Source of the DNA: Thecamonas trahens ATCC 50062
Taxonomy: Eukaryota > Protista > Apusomonadida
Assembly: GCF_000142905.1 (NCBI RefSeq)
Contig: NW_013657631.1
Span: forward strand, 62,001 to 126,000
DNA: 64,000 bases
Direction: 5' to 3'
Below the pieces are notes generated by a model. It ran no database searches. It was not told the origin of the DNA and worked only from the letters and a program-made list of their open reading frames with translations. Below, one piece after another: positions 62,934 through 64,000 of this stretch. Position numbers and translations under genes: made by a program. Each line of letters starts with the position of its first letter. The first letter of the stretch is position 1.

Positions 62934-64000
62934 ATGAGCGAGGACGACCCGTTTGCGCCAGCATCCCCTCCGCCTACCTCTGCCCAGCAGCAGGCTGAGG
63001 GTGATGACGGTGATGCCCAGGGTGCCGAGGAGACGACCGATAGCTCGTCCAAGAAGAAGGACCTCAGCCCCGAGGAGCGTGAGGCCCGCCGGAAGCGGAA
63101 GGAGGCCAAGCGGAAGAAGAAGCAAGAGGACAAGCGGAAGCGCGAGGTAAGCAGTACATGTGAATATATTTCATTCCCATCCCCTTCCCCACCATCTTTC
63201 CCGTGTGCCCCCCTCCCCTCCTCTCCCCTTCTCTGTCCGCTTGCTGGCGCATGTCGTCGTCCAAGTCACGTTCGCCTGAACTGGCTCTCCTGCCGCGGCA
63301 AACCAAGGCCAGCACGCGGCATGCAGACCAGCTACTAGCTAGTCACATCCTCAAGATTGTTGAACATGCTGCATACATACGTTGTGCCGACTTTGTCCTC
63401 GCTGTCTCCTTTGGTTCAGCAGGCGGCGCCCTGGAGGGCGTCGCCCTCGGGCTCGTCTCGCGCCGACCCCTTTTTTGGGTAGCTGCGATGCGACGCTCCT
63501 CCTGCTTGCTCGCCCGTTTTACTGGCTTGATCGGCGGTGACGCAGTGGAAGCGCGCGCTGGCTGAGGGCCTTCTGTACTGAGGGATGTCGCATGTTGTGC
63601 AGAAAATAGTGTGAATGGGCAACTTACGCTTGAGGATGGTGTGGTGTGCGGATTCGCGGTGATGATCCGGATCGATGGCCATGGTGTGGCGCTGACGGCG
63701 ATGTCGGCCGGTCTCGTTGGTACGGTGGGCTTCTACGTCATGATGTGGACAGATCATTGTGAGCAAGGAGTCGTCGGCGTATGGCCACTTTCAGTCTGTG
63801 CAGCCGGAGCCGAGCAAGAAGCTCTCGACGCTGCACACGACTGCGTACATTGCGCCCGAGCAGTCGCGGTTCTTTGACGCTGCGGTGGACGATCCGGTGA
63901 AGCATGGCGATGGGTTTTCGGCGTACACAACGTACCGGACCCGGGTCAAGTCGTCGGATCCCGAGTTTGCACCGATGGTCGACATCCGGCTGCGATACTC
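62934..64000 (+). CDS. PX-domain sorting nexin, 5' part; exon 62934-63146, then 63804 to window end
   Basis: Exon 1 ends GAG|GTAAGC; acceptor TGTGCAG|CCG is phase-compatible. Exon 2 reads AAVDDPVKHGDGFSAYTTYRTRVKS..F..IRLRYS, matching a PX-domain start. Confidence 0.8.

Noticed and set aside
39652-64000. Trafficking gene cluster (VPS26, syntaxin, sorting nexin, EH protein)
   Set aside because: The genes are dispersed over about 40 kb among unrelated genes, which is consistent with chance.
1-64000. tRNA, rRNA, snRNA or transposable elements
   Set aside because: No recognisable cloverleaf, rRNA motif, transposase, reverse transcriptase or terminal repeats were seen. Small ncRNAs could be missed without a covariance-model search.

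Overview
This is GC-rich, gene-dense, intron-poor nuclear DNA from a unicellular, probably flagellated eukaryote. Gene content and style suggest an apusomonad such as Thecamonas, but that is inference only. About 24 protein-coding genes are supportable: C45/Ntn hydrolase, LAS1, gephyrin, a WRKY transcription factor, TTLL, TIM17, SF3A2, SulP/STAS, UBL5, a receptor-type class III cyclase, cap methyltransferase-like, EH-domain protein, F-box/LRR, a TFxP-repeat protein, DZIP1-like, PP2C, RNI-like LRR, VPS26, syntaxin-18-like, PPR, a Cys-rich multi-TM receptor-like protein, a HExxH membrane protein, EDEM3-like, 6PGD, sAC-like STAND cyclase and a PX sorting nexin. Four GT-AG introns and one 280-N gap are visible. 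I could not support any rRNA, tRNA, CRISPR array or transposon. Four signals stand out. (1) Nine clear and three weaker frame breaks in otherwise intact genes are all repaired by one extra base; assembly under-calling is the most likely cause, but widespread -1 recoding or insertional editing is testable. (2) A non-plant WRKY gene has 8 perfect W-boxes in its own upstream region, and a second 6-W-box cluster lies at the syntaxin/PPR divergent promoter. (3) Tandem arrays sharing GGCCCATG sit at two divergent promoters. (4) Several unusual domain architectures occur: SulP-STAS-zfPARP-like, a half-site receptor cyclase with a bacterial-type ectodomain, and a TTLL with a signal-like N-terminus.
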